The position numbers were made by a program, and so were the translations under genes. This document shows positions 1 to 12,976 of a DNA stretch of 64,000 nt, one piece after another (the stretch's first letter is position 1; each line of letters opens with the position of its first letter). This stretch comes from Octopus sinensis (lineage: Eukaryota), in NCBI RefSeq assembly GCF_006345805.1, contig NC_042998.1:151156001-151220000 (forward strand), read 5' to 3'. The notes beneath the pieces are model-generated. The model had not been told where the DNA came from. It saw only the letters and a program-made list of their open reading frames with translations, and ran no database searches.

Positions 1-2203
1 CTTGCCTCTCCAGGCGCCCAGTTGCAAGCCCACGGACTTTTCTGCGTTAATCTTTGCACCTGTCACCACTTCGTACTCGTTTAGTGTCTCGCCAATCAGG
101 TCAATGTGCCTGTGGCTCGACACCATCACAGTGATGTCGTCGGCTTAGGTAGACACGCAATTTCCACCTTCCAGATCGCGCGGGATACCCCTCAAAGCCT
201 CCAACTTGCGCAGTAATGGCTCGAGAGTCAATACGTACAAGAGAGAGGAGAGAGGGCATCCTTGACGAACCGAACGCGAGATGTCAAACGGCTCCGAAAG
301 GTGACTGTTCAACCGTATCACCGAGTAGATGTTGCTGTACAAAGCAGCGATCCACCCGCGGAAGACTGAACCGAAACCGGCTGCCTTGAGAACAGCTGCC
401 AGGTATCGGTGGTCGACCCTATCGAAGGATTTACTCTGATCTAAATTGATCAAAGCCCCACCCGCGCCAGTGTCGTTACCCAGCCTCTCTATGATGTAGC
501 GCATGAGATGGAGATTATTGTGTATCGACCTGGTCGGCACGGCGCATGTCTGCGCCTTGCCAATCAGCTTGTCCACGACAGGCACCAATCTCTTGGCTAG
601 CACCTTGGCCAAAATCTTCAACTCTGCATTGAGCAAAGTGATGGGCCTAAAGTTCCCTATAACGTCCTCCTTGTTTGGGTCCTTTCTCAGCAAAGCCACC
701 ACTCCTCGACAAACAAATGCAGGAATTCTCCCGTTTTGTCGCCAGTTGCAGTAGACGTTTGCCAAGAGGCTCGCAAACAAGTCTGGCATTGAAGTGTAAA
801 GCTTGTAGGGCAGACCATCCAAACCCGGCAATCTGCTTCTCGTGCAGCTCTTCATTGCTTCCTCCACTTCCCAGGCAGATATCGGTCTTTCGCAGTACTC
901 TGGCTCTCTGTCCGAGAGTTGCGGTAGGCCGTCCAGGTACACACCGAAGTCTGTCCCGTTGTCTGTCCCACCGTTCATTCCAAACAGTTGAGCAAAATGC
1001 CGCTGAAACACCGCACACATCTGCTTCGGTTCGGAAACCTCGCACTCTTTCTGCTCCACCAAAGACCGAATGGTCTCTTTGTTGCCACACTTCGCCTCCA
1101 CCACGCGGGCCTATCGAGCGGCCTTAGTCCCCTCCCCGCTTAGCGAACGCGCCTTAGCTCTGACAACGCAGCCTTCGTGTTTGGTATCAAAGTGTTGGTC
1201 GAGGGCCAACCTAGCTGCCAACACGTCGGTTGCGATGCCTGTCTCAAGAGCCTCGTCTAGTTTTCTAACTAAATCCCGCTCTGTTCTCCTACGTTCTACA
1301 GCTAGAGCCTTACTAAACCTAATCGACTCTACTCTAATTGCTCTCTTGAGAGCAAACCACCAGTTGTTGTTGATGATTGCACCCGTGAGCGCCCGTTTAA
1401 CTAATAAACTAATCCGGTCTCTGTAGGCGTTGCACGCCGTTAACGACGCGTTCAGCTTCCAGTAGCCGGGACCCTGTCTATGTAGCTTATCTGAGTCGAC
1501 CGTACAGATCACGAATTTGTGGTCCGTATGGTCGACTAGGTGGAATTGTGGACACCCTATGCTGTTCTTATCCGCTGGTCTACAGAAGACTATCTAAGTA
1601 CGATCTAGACGACCCGATGCGATTAGTGCAAGTCCACATTGGCACATTCGGGTTGTCTAGTCGAAACCTGTCGGACAATTGAAAGCGCCTGAGAAGGTTG
1701 GCGAGGCTCTTGCACCCCCTCTCCTCTCAAATGTTCCCGTGCCCACCCGATCAAAACGTTCGTCTAAGACAGCGTTCCAATCCCCAAACAGCACTAGAGT
1801 GCGTGACGTTCCCAAGAAAACTTCCAGACGCTTGAAATAATCGGACTGCCCGGCTCCTGTCGGAGCGTAGGCAGCCAGCAGTCTGAAAGCACCACCGTCA
1901 CTACTGTCTACGTCGAGGACCACCAACTTACCTTCCGGATCCAGGAAGACTCCTTATTTTCAAATCCAAGCCCTTCCGAAACAAAACCGCAGTACCACCA
2001 CCGCCCGCTCCCGGCCGACACGGAGATAGAAAAATCTCGTATCCGCCGAAAAGAGCCCGCGAGTTACTGCGGGTCGGAGAGCCTGGTTTCACTAATGGCT
2101 ACTACATCCACTCTATGAGACCTCAGGTCGTTTAACAGGTGACCCTGTTTCCAAGGTGACCGAGACCTCTCACATTTATGCTACCAACTCTGAGTTTTGC
2201 CAT
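1..2203 (-). pseudogene. Tx1-like ORF2 (APE endonuclease + reverse transcriptase), disrupted
   Basis: Begins MAKLRVGSINVRGL at 2203. APE motifs LFGDWNA (1657-1926) and GPGYWKLNASL (1111-1512). RT motifs FRPITLLN, LDQSKSFDRVDH, SVRQGCPLS (145-1104). Several frameshifts and stops. Confidence 0.9.
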
Positions 2204-2239
2204 GTTTTAAAAGGTTAAGGGGAAAAAGGTTCTACTTAG

Positions 2240-3400
2240 TGTTGATGTTTGGTGGGGTGGCTCCCTTATTCTTTTGCACGGGTGTTTCCACCAGGTTTTT
2301 GTAGAGTTTTTTTGAGAAATTTCTCCCTAGCGACCCAACATCGTTTGGGAATTTCTCCTTGATTTTATTATAATTGTCTTGTGTGATTTCAAATGTAAGT
2401 ATGTGCTGGTGGTGTGTTGTGTGTGGGTATAATAAAATCTGACATTTTTGTGTCTGTGATGTTTTTCAGGTATGTTACTAACTGTTCATTGTTCGTGTTT
2501 ATTGTGTTGGTGTTGGTGGTGTCTGTGTGAGTTGGTGTGTGTAGCAGTACTGGTGGAGAAGGTGTTGTTAATTGTTGTTGTTGTGAGTGCATGTTGCTGC
2601 TGTTGATGTTGGGAAGTTCTAATTGTTCGCGCCTCCCCAGTGTGTCATGTGTTTCTTTTTGTTTCTTTCTTCTTTTCTTTTTCGGTGGCACTGTGTGTCA
2701 CTCCCCTTTCTCACTATCAGTGCTCGCACAATCCGAGGTGATTTGGTCTGGAAAGGGAACATTTGTTGGGTCCGTTTCCACAGTTTGTCAAAATGGTGCT
2801 ACATCTGTTGGAAATAGTGCTGTTATAGTTGTTGGTGTTGGTGACGGTGCCGGTGTTTCTTTTTGGGTGGTCTTTCTTGGTGTTGGTGTTGGTTTTGTGG
2901 TGGTTGGAGGTGGTGTCGCTCTTCGTGGTGGCGGTGATGGTATTGGTGGTGCAGAAACTCTTGGTGTCGAAACTTGTTGTTGTTGTTGTTGCTATTGGTG
3001 CTTCTTTTTCTCTGCCTCCATTCTTTGTTTATGAATGGGGCAGTCCTTTTCTAAATGCTTTTCGCTGCTGCAGAGGTAGCATTTTGGTTTTCGCCCCTCT
3101 ACAGCAACGTGCAATCTGGTGCCGCCCGGCAAATTTACACTGTCAGGTATGGCATTGATGTTTTCCTGCTGGATTTGTACCAGCAGCTGCACCTCCATAC
3201 CTGACCAGTTCCTCTGTGACGCCTTCGTTTTCATTTTCATTTGGAACGTTGCCTGTGTCGACACGTTCCATCGAAACATCTTGTTTGCCTTTTAAGGCAC
3301 GAAATGGGCGGTCTGGCGAAATACTTAAATCATTTTATAGTTGTGGTGGGTGTGGTGTACAAAGAAGGGAACACCCAACTGTTTTCTTCAACGACATTTT
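2240..3400 (-). pseudogene. Tx1-like ORF1 (zinc knuckle plus Pro/Thr-rich linker), disrupted
   Basis: IPDSVNLPGGTRLHVAVEGRKPKCYLCSSEKHLEKDC (ORF 2992-3279) aligns with LPDRIHLENGQSLYVVAEGKKPRCYNCGSPEHLIAEC in copy 3. Boundaries approximate. Confidence 0.75.
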
Positions 3401-3632
3401 TTTTTTCAATATGTAAGTGTATGTATTTTCAAAATGTTAATATTTCAAACTGCAATTTTACCCCTAATGGGGTAAAATTTTGCCCAACCAACTAGCTCCG
3501 CAAGAAGTTAGTCGGCTTGGCCACACAAATATCGAAAAATAATTACACTTTTAAACACATTTCCAACAGAAATGGTGCAAAATTTACGCAGCTTCTGGAG
3601 ACACGTCCGTCCGCTTTAATAATAATAATAAT

Positions 3633-3952
3633 TGGTAAACAGCAAACAAGACCTGCTATAGTATACTGCTCATGCAGAAGGAGTTAACAAAAATGGACTT
3701 GAGTGTGGTCATGAATTCCGATCAGGGACCTTTTGAGCGAGATAGGTTACTCGGCCTGAAGAAAATTCTAATTGGATGCCACCTGTAAGGTCATGCGCTG
3801 TATATGTTGATATGAGATCACCATATCACGCACATATGGTTGTGGTGTATGTGCCTGGTGTACGCTAATCAGACGGGTAGTCATGATGGGTATATTGGGC
3901 TTCGTATATTTTACCCAATGTCACGTTGATGGCATGTACCACTCTCTCACTC

Positions 3953-3955
<3 letters not shown>
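3633..3955 (-). repeat. Interspersed repeat (SINE or LINE-tail-like) flanked by (AAT)n; longer second copy at 35330-35855
   Basis: Shared blocks such as gacgggtagtcatgatgggtat, gtgcctggtgtac and gatatgag-tcaccat occur at both loci. Confidence 0.7.
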
Positions 3956-3983
<28 letters not shown>

Positions 3984-4451
3984 GTAATAATAATAATAGC
4001 AACAACAACGACAAGATCATCATCATCAACAACAACAGCAACAACAACTAATGCAGAGGATAATCAAACCTCGTAGCTCTTCCTTACGGATCAGACGTGC
4101 TTGTTGAAAATTTCGTCTCTCAAAAAGTACATACAATAATCTATTGTAGCTAACATTATCGTTATGTATTGGAAGAATCATGATTAATAACGTCTATAAA
4201 CACATCTATTGTTGTTAGTCTTTCTTAGTTCTTAACGCTCCCTTGTTTACTTTCTGCCATCGACATGCAACATATTGACTTACACAGATTGTTTGTCTGT
4301 TGCTGTTTCAACTACTTTGTTGTGTGGAGCTAAATGTCCTTCTACCTATGAGCAGTTTAGCACAATATCCCATCTTAATTTGATGTTTAACCTCGAATTA
4401 AATCCATCGGGTTATCAACAAAATATCGTTTAGTATTTTATCTGGCTAAAA

Positions 4452-4662
4452 AGGCGGCGGTGAGCTGGCAGAATCGTTAGCATGCCGGGCAAAGTTTTTA
4501 AGCAACATTTCGTCTGCTTTTATGTTCAGAGCTCAAATTCCACCGAGATCGATTTTGCCTTTCATCCCATCGGGATCGGTTTGAATAATTAGCAGTTGGT
4601 CACTGAGGTCGGCGTAATCGACTTACTCCCTCCCCCGAAATTGTTGGCCTTGTGTCAAAATT
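4452..4662 (+). mobile_element. tRNA-derived SINE, family A (octopus OR-like)
   Basis: Head ggcggtgagctggcagaatcgttag...ttcagagctcaaattcc, core gccttcatcc...gggtcgat. Other copies at 9500-9685(-), 42490-42715(-), 45945-46090(+), 50440-50595(-), 58480-58705(+). Family name is from memory. Confidence 0.75.
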
Positions 4663-5284
4663 TTAACGGCTAAACAACCACTGTATACTTTGGTACCAGC
4701 TTCGAAGGAATCCGTTTAAACTTGAAGAGATAACCACACATCCAGTTCTTCTTATTGATGTGTTTTGCGTTCTTAGACGCTAGAAAAAGCAAATTGCTTA
4801 TGTTTAGAAGATCGAAACGTTAGCTACAGCACATCGTTTGAACCATTAAATCTTCAGAGATTTATAGAAAACTTTGAAAATTTTTGGAAAATTCAGCTGC
4901 CAGCTGTTCAAACATCAAGCAGTACCTTCGCAACTGCACTCACTCACTCACTCACTCGCACACACACACACACACACACAGAGGCATGCATGCACGCACA
5001 CACATACACAGGCAGACACACACATAGGCGTCGAGCCAATGAAAATTGTGATCACCAAATGAACTTATAAGAAATCGTAGGCAATTTAATTAAAGGAAGA
5101 CATATTGCACAATGTAGTCCAGACATGGTAGGTGAGGCCTTCATCATGGTTCTGCATGGTCACATTGGTTCGGAACTAAACGACTGCATACACGCGCGCA
5201 TTTGTTTGTTTGAATATGGATTGAATGAAGTTCCAAGGTGTTGCATACTCATAGACATAGATCAAAATACTTCCTTTAACGAAC

Positions 5285-5350
<66 letters not shown>

Positions 5351-5551
5351 CATGTTATATATATAATTATGTATACACTTTTATATTTAAATATTTCGCT
5401 CAGGCGTAGCTTTGCTAATAATCTGGTATCAGAACTCACTATGCATATGCTTCACATACATCCACACGCATACTAAATCATTCGCACGTATACATTATTC
5501 GTTTCTGTATATCTTTGTCCCCTAGTCCGTCTCGTAGTGCATATGCATGTG

Positions 5552-5582
<31 letters not shown>

Positions 5583-5589
5583 TGTGTGT

Positions 5590-5628
<39 letters not shown>

Positions 5629-5756
5629 GTGTGTGTGTGTCTGTGTGTACACTTTTCTTGACTACCTCTTACTGCCTGCCTGTCTGTCTGATTGACGTAA
5701 AGCCGGTTTAATCGAAAGATAACATGTTAAGCTTATTGGGAGAACAGATGCCGTCA

Positions 5757-5915
5757 ATGGTGGTGGTGGAGGTGCCATAATAGTGTTGGTGGTGAAGGCG
5801 GTGATGGTAATGACGGTGGTAGTAGTGGTTGTGGTAGTGATGATGGTAAATATCGTTAGTGGTGGGATTGGTGACAGTTGTGGTGATGGTGTTGGTGTTG
5901 TTGTTGTTGCTGTTG

Positions 5916-5947
<32 letters not shown>

Positions 5948-6260
5948 GTTGGTGTTTATAGTGCCGGTGATAGTGGTGGAAGAGGTGGCAGTGGTGGTGG
6001 TAGTGGTGGTGGTGGTGGTGGCAGTGGTTTTGGTAGTGGTGGTACCAATGATCGTGATAGCGGCTGTGGTGATGTAGGTGGCGGTAGTGGCGGAGGTGAC
6101 GGTGGTGTGGATAGCGATAGTGATAGTGGCGGAGGTGAAAATATTCCTGCAATATTGCTCAAAGTGCTTTTGGCGCCGGTCGCGTAATTAATTTTGGCGT
6201 CATCGAGGTTCTGCAGTGATTGTTGTTGTTATTGTTGTTGATGTTGTTCTTATTGTTGTT
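5757..6260. repeat. Compound (GTG)/(GTT)/(GTA) trinucleotide microsatellite
   Basis: Direct reading; accounts for the low-complexity ORFs at 5783-6187. Confidence 0.9.
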
Positions 6261-6261
6261 G

Positions 6262-6540
6262 TTTTAGCCCTGGGGTAACTCTGATCGGCCAGACCTATGA
6301 TCAGATACCTTCCAGCTGTGACAATCCTATGTTGTTGTACTTCAAGTGCGACAATGTCCCATGTGCCTACTTCATTTAAGATGATATTCTAGTGTGATTG
6401 GATGGGTATTTAGCTGCCTATTTTCAGGAGGTCGAGTCACCATGTACAGGTTGTAGACTCAGTGACTGTTTAGCCCTAGTTCAATCTCGATTGTAACAGA
6501 CCTATGTTCAAAGGCTTTCCAAACGTGACAGTCACTTTCA
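6262..6540 (+). repeat. Short interspersed repeat with two internal ~65-bp direct repeats
   Basis: tttagccctgggg...agacctatgatcaga...ccagctgtgac (6264-6325) versus tttagccctagtt...agacctatgttcaaa...ccaaacgtgac (6469-6533). Confidence 0.55.
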
Positions 6541-6722
6541 AGTTCATTATCGAATGTTTTTTTTTTGTCGAGGGAGAAGACTGCGATTTGCGGGAGACAC
6601 TTGGTTGTTATTTTTAGCAATTGGCAAACTATCTAATTGGCTCACTCGTAGGTTTCCGGTGTGTGGTAGTGGTGATTTCATAGTTTCTGTTTCCTTAGTA
6701 AAATATATATAATGTGTATACA

Positions 6723-6873
<151 letters not shown>

Positions 6874-7040
6874 ATAAATAAAAATATATGCATACATACA
6901 AACATATATGTACGTACCTACATCTACATGTATATATACATGCATATATAAATAATTATATATATATATATGTATATATATATATACATACATACATATA
7001 TATATATACATATACATACATATATACATATATATATATA

Positions 7041-7860
7041 TGCCCGGTCTATGTGGTTACCCTGAGTTTCATGTCCATAAAGCGCTTAGCTTTACACCGT
7101 TTCTTAGGACCCTAAAACCCGCTGGCTGCGGCTTACCTATCAAGTGACCTATCTAGAAAATGGAGAAGAAAAAGACTTCGTTATTCTATGTCAGGAGCCA
7201 CCAAATGTTTTTCACAATGGGCCAGATAACTGAGAGAATGACAAAGGCGGGCTGCATAACCATTTTGTTCAATACAATACAGTGAATACACAAACAAAAA
7301 ATAAATAAATAAAGTCAACCAGCATTGATTTACTAAAAGTTATCAAAGAAGGCGATGTTAGCAATAAGATAGTTATATCACACCTAGTACGATGACCTCC
7401 GTCAAAGAGATACGCTACGTTCTTAGGCAGCCATGTATGGCGGCTGAAAGACGACAGAACCCCCACACGTAATATCATAGAAGATCCTAGAAAATCAAGA
7501 CCCCTACATAAATGGCACCAAGCCCTCTAAACTAAGCATAGCCGAAGGAACGAAGATAGTAAAGCACTCCCTCGACCCAGAGAACATCCTTAACTCCAGG
7601 ACAGAGGTCTCCGGACCCTGCTTGCACTTGAAGAAATTTCTACTGACATCCTGGGATCCACAAACCAGCATTGTCAATTAATAGCGGTCAAAGGGAGACA
7701 ATCCCTTGTTGACAGAGTAACGAAGTTGTTTCTTCATTCATTTTCAAGAGAGGCCACTTGCTACAGAGGTCAAAGCCAACGGGTTTTAGAGTCTGAAGAA
7801 AAGCTGTAAAGTTAAGCGCTTTATGGACGTGAAACACAGGGTAAGCCCATACACCGGCTA
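7041..7860 (+). mobile_element. 5'-truncated Penelope-like element with an inverted copy of its 3' end
   Basis: GIY-YIG C-terminal remnant at ~7410-7680 (LGSHVWRLKD / IS*KILENQDPYINGTKPSKLSIAEGTKIV..ENILNSRTEVSGPCLHLKKFLL, one frameshift). ~60-bp imperfect inverted repeats at 7041-7100 and 7800-7860. TA-rich flanks. Confidence 0.75.
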
Positions 7861-7971
7861 TATCTATCTTTATCGATATACTCTACTGCTGTATAACATA
7901 GTGTGCTTCTCTTTCGGATTTATGATTTACTGTATATATATGTATATATATATATATATGTGTGTATTTAC

Positions 7972-8006
<35 letters not shown>

Positions 8007-8369
8007 CGCACACACATATGAAGTGAATAAAAAGCAAGAAGACTGGAACATGTGAGTAATACTGAAGACCTTCTGCACTGCGTAATTGAATTTCATTTTT
8101 TACTCAACTGAAGTTTTGAGAGTTCTCTCCCTTGCCGCTAGCGAGAAAAAATATTTACATTTACATTACACAATTTTCACCTAATTCCGGTTATAATTTC
8201 TTGCAATTAAGCATTATTTTTGGTTAGCCTCATGAAACACGGCTGGCTACACATAACTGAATATTTTTCACGCAAAAGGCACCCACGAGATATTTCAAAC
8301 GGCCTAATCAGTGGACTATCTTCATACCGAGTTTATAAGCTCTCTAATTACTTCTGTGGCCAGCTAGCT

Positions 8370-8418
8370 GCATGTTGACTCAATTTCACTGACGAGATAT
8401 AAAAATCACGAAACATGC
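8370..8418 (+). ncRNA. Degenerate hammerhead-like fold with type III topology
   Basis: GCATG(8370-8374)/CATGC(8414-8418) stem; CTGACGA 8389-8395; GAT/ATC stem; GAAA 8410-8413. Stem I is weak and there are 2 extra nt before GAAA. Confidence 0.3.
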
Positions 8419-8785
8419 CACTATAGCTACGAAAAATCAGACTTTTATACACGGCATAGTTTAATTTGATATTTTATGAGTATTAGGAGTTGATTCCCTT
8501 GTCCTGTTTGAAAATAAATTTTCATTAGCCCTAATGAATTTTCTTCTTATCACAATCATAATTTCAGTTGGCGTGATGATTGTCTAGGGTTTTCTTACAA
8601 TTATTCTCAGTGCTGACTCCGCTATTGTGGAGCAATTTCTCTTATTCTTAATTTTATTGATATTTTTGTTGATTTCATTCTTATCCGATGTTAACCACAT
8701 TTTTTGCGTTCTTATAATTCGTCTTTGTGTTGATTGTCGTCAATGATTCCTACCTAGTGGCTAATAAAAATCATTATTATTATTA

Positions 8786-8824
<39 letters not shown>

Positions 8825-9020
8825 GCAGTAGTAGTAGTAGGAGGAGGAGGGGGAGGAGGAGTATTACTGGTTGTGGTGATGATGGTGGTGAAGGTGTTGA
8901 TGGTGATGGCAGTGGTTGTGATGGTGGTTGTGGTGGTGTTGCAGCTGCTGTTGCTACTGCTGTTATCATTGCAACAACAACAACAATAATAATAATAATG
9001 ATGATGATAATAATAATAAC

Positions 9021-9060
<40 letters not shown>

Positions 9061-9062
<2 letters not shown>

Positions 9063-9459
9063 CTGTAAAGAAATTTGACAAATTAAGTAGATATAAGGAC
9101 CTGGAAATTGAAATGCAAAAGACCTGGCATCTTAAAGCGAGAACTGTTCCTGTTATTGCAGGTGCCCTATGTATGATAAAAAAAAGGGATATCAGAAACA
9201 TTTAGTTAACATCCCAGGAGAATCATGTCTCAGGGAAATCCAAAAGATTGTGCTGACAAGTACTGCTCACTTCCTTATGAAAACTTTATCAATTTAAATG
9301 TCTGTCTTGTATTACATGAAGATATTTCGCTACTGCGCCTACCACGGCTCCTCCCCAAGCTTTCAGTCAAACTGTAACATCTCTTACCCTTCAGTTGCCC
9401 TAGGATACTGGGTATGTCTTGGCAAGTGATTGTAGCAATCATGCAGATTAAAAGTAGAT
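9061..9459 (+). mobile_element. R4/Dong-like element 3' fragment (end of the REL endonuclease plus 3' UTR)
   Basis: KFDKLSRYKDLEIEMQKTWHLKARTVPVIAGAL is homologous to KLSKYKDLEIEVTRMWNLKTETIPIIVGALG at 32.9 kb. (AAT)n on both sides. Confidence 0.8.
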
Positions 9460-9850
9460 AATAATAATAATCCTCTCTACTATATGTACAAGGCCTGAAA
9501 TATGGGAGAGGGGGTAGGTCGATTACATCGACTCCAGTGTTTCAGAGGTACTTAATTCATTGACCCCCCCCCACCAAAGGATGAAAAGCAAAGTTGACCT
9601 CGGCGGAATGTGAACTCAGAACATAAAGACGGATAAAATGCCACTAAGCATTTCGCCCGGCTTGCTAATGATTCTGCCAGCTCGAATAATAAAGTTGTTG
9701 TTGTTGTTGCTGCTGTTGTCGGTGTTGTTATTACTATTACAGTAGGTTTGGTGATGTCGAGGTGAGAAGGTATTTTTCACCCGCGGCTATTTCGATGGAA
9801 ATTGCTGCGTTAAATTGAGCCTATAATAATAATTGGACCAATAACAACAC

Positions 9851-9898
<48 letters not shown>

Positions 9899-9906
9899 TA
9901 ATAATA

Positions 9907-9946
<40 letters not shown>

Positions 9947-10045
9947 GAAGAAGAAGAAGGGGGAGGAGGAGGAGGAGGAGGAGGGGGTGGAGGAGAAGGA
10001 GAAGAAGAAGAAGAAGAAGGAGGAGGAAGAGGAGGAGGAGAAGAA

Positions 10046-12195
10046 TTTCTTGTACTAGCCACAAGAACATATGTGGGGGACATTATAACGACGGGGAGCA
10101 ATATATGCAGGGATAAAGGATAGGGTGAAAGAAGCGGAAAAGAGAGTGAAATGAAAACAAGTACACATAGTATACGTAATATGTGATAACATATGAAGTG
10201 CTGATAGAGGGAAAACTCCAGCGAAGGCCAATCAAGAACCTCATAGATCCAGTATTATCCAAACTACTGAAAGCTCGAGCCCTCTTTCCTGCACTCCAAT
10301 CTACAGGCGCATACTGAATGTAGGGCCATTCACTCTAACCATTTTTACCACAGTTACCCACCTTTTCACGAATTCACTGGATGGAAGCACGTCCCTCTCC
10401 ACCTTCACTTTCCTTTCCAAGTGGAACTTAAAACTGTCGGTGAAAGCTCTACTTTGTTAGAGACGAGTGGTAGGATAATTCTCACGAAGGATTCGGCCGA
10501 TAGTCGGATTCGCCTCACACACGATAACAGCTGTTCGACATAACTCCACAAGTAAGCAATACTCGGACACTGCACGAATGCATGTAGGTTTTCGTCACTC
10601 TGCGCTCATCTCGGAGTGTCCCACCAGACAGCGCTTCCGTAGTTTATCTCGAACTAACAGTGCCGCAGTAGAGCACTGCCACCGGGCCCAAAAGTTCTCC
10701 GAAACAGGCCAGCTAGCTCATTTTCGTCGATGCCTAGATTTACTCCGAGAACGTCATCGCTCTTATCCCTCAACAGATTTCTATATATTGCTACTGTAGA
10801 ACTTTCTTTGACTGCATTGCTCGACTGGTAGGGGAAAGTGAGCGCCTGGTGACACTCCAGATGCCAAGCGCCTAATTTTGGTCTTTTCTTGACACTGGAT
10901 TGCAGCTCCATCAAATATATGAGCTGCGGGAAGGCGTGTCTAACAAAATAGAAACTGAACCGGCTCACCGTCCAGGAATATCTGTAGGTAGGGTAGCCGC
11001 ATCGTATGTCTGTGCATTAGCAACGATGGATACTAAGCCCGCCTTCAAGAGGGTGTTGGCAACAGACCGCTTGACCAGAAGAACTCATCCTTTCCACAGA
11101 AAGCGGGAAAGTAAACGCTCCAGTTCGGCCAAACGTCGAGTGGAGCAAAGTACAACGGTCAGGTGGTAAGTTATTAAGGAGGTGATGTGAGCTTTCGCCA
11201 CCTTTACTTGACCTTTCTGGAATAATTTCTTCTCAGCCCATTTCTGAGTGGGACTGGCCAACCGGCTTGAAACCTGATTTCAGTTCTTGTCCACCTGGCG
11301 ATCCCGGTCAAACCTGAGCAATTTTACTAGTCAGTCTGTCCATCGACCTAATATGCTCTTTGTTGGTACAAACTTGCTTCTCCAGTTGCCGAGTCACAAG
11401 CCTATCAACTTCTTTGGATTTATCTTAGCTCCTACCATCGCCTTGTGTTTCTTTAAAATGGGATCGACTAACATTATTCTGATATCATCCACATATGCCG
11501 ACATAGCTCTTCCGCATCCTAGTTCGAAATGGATGCTCTTCAAGTGATCTAACTTCCGCAAAGGCCCGAGCGCCAGAATGGACAGAAGAGATGAAAGACG
11601 ACAGATCGAGATATGAAGCGGTTCTGAGAGGCGAGCATTTGCTTTACTGCCGAGCAACCGCCAGTGTACATTACTGCGATCCAGCCGCTGAAAATAGGTC
11701 TGAAACAGGCTGCTTTTAGGATTATTGCCAGGTAGCGTTGGTCAACCCTATCGAAAGCTTCGGACCGATCCAAACTGATCTGGACTCCACCGATTCCAGA
11801 TTTATTGCCCATTCTCTCTATGGTGCAACGCAGGAGGTGGAGGTTGTCGTAGATGGATCTATTGAGGATCACGCATGTTTGAGCTTCTCCGACCAAACCA
11901 TCTACCACAAGCACCAACCTCATTGCAAACACTTCGGCCAACATTTTACAATCAGCATTTAGCAAGGTTATGGGACGGAAATTGTCTATAATAACCCCTG
12001 TATCGGTGTTCTTACTCAGCAAAGTTAACAAGCTTCGGCTCACAGACCTAAGAATTCTTCTGTTTTGCTGTCAGTCACCAAACAGATATAGCATATAACC
12101 ATAAAACTTATAGGGCAGACCGTCCAAAGCGGACGATTTGTCTGTCGTGCAATCACTCTCGTATCTGAATTGACTACAAGCACTGTGAGAGGTGA
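10046..12195 (-). mobile_element. Tx1-like copy 2, 5'-truncated and degenerate
   Basis: DKSSALDGLPYK, NFRPITLLNAD, SLDRSEAFDRVDQ, AYVDDI, and C-terminal FKFHLERKVKVER. 3' terminal motif adjoins (CTT/CCT)n. Confidence 0.85.
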
Positions 12196-12769
12196 CTCTC
12201 ACAGTGCTTGTAGTCTTTTGGCTTCGGGAATACCACCATATTTATTGGAGAAAACAAAGGGACAGGTTTCTCATCTACGTAATTTCGAGTGGCGGATGGT
12301 CTGTGTTCTTTTGAGGTGGGTGGCTCTTGAAAGGTCTCGGGAATGAAATTTTGTTTTCGATTTTCTGAAGAATACCCTCACTCTCTGGAAAGTTATTCAA
12401 GAGAATGTGGCAAACTTGACTTGATGTTTTTATTAACATTCTCTCCATAGAAGTTTTGCAGATCAATTTTTCAAATTCTTCCCCTTCAATAACAACAAAA
12501 GCAACAACAACAACAACGACGACGACGACGAAGCCGACGATGACGACGACGATGACGACGACGATGAGGATGATGATGATGATGATGATGATAGAAAATT
12601 ACGAGAGAATAATACAAAAGTGTTAGAATAATATTAAACACTGAACTCAATGCTAGAAATAAGGTAAGAGGGATAAATACGTGAGCCATACAAGTCATAA
12701 TATAGTAGAAAGTTAGTGAATTGAGAAACCGCAACGAAAAAAAAAAACAGGAAACTATTAACAGCATAC

Positions 12770-12935
12770 CGAAGTCACCGTCCCAAAGTAGAGACAGAAT
12801 ATATCTACCTCACTCAGAAGGAGGTCGTGGCCTGACACAGATAACTGCTTAAAATAACAACAGTTGAACTTGAAAAGTACTTCGAAACAAAAAGTGAACG
12901 ACTATTATATGTAATAATGTAACAAAATATATATA

Positions 12936-12976
<41 letters not shown>

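Larger units (their letters stand above)
1..3617 (-). mobile_element. Tx1-like non-LTR retrotransposon copy 1 (5' end present; 3' end runs off the window start)
   Basis: ORF1 with CCHC knuckle (CYLCSSEKHLEKDC), then ORF2 with APE endonuclease and RT motifs. The 5' end abuts (AAT)n at 3618-3632. Confidence 0.9.

Noticed and set aside
7041-7860. MITE with 60-bp TIRs
   Set aside because: The interior encodes a PLE GIY-YIG remnant, so the inverted ends fit a PLE inversion better. A CTGAAGA...GAAACACAGGGTA motif (7793-7843) is present but stems I and II do not close, so it is not called a ribozyme.
12216-12480. Possible N-terminal Dong RT fragment on the minus strand
   Set aside because: Only vague similarity (..FLQ*IW..); too weak to annotate.
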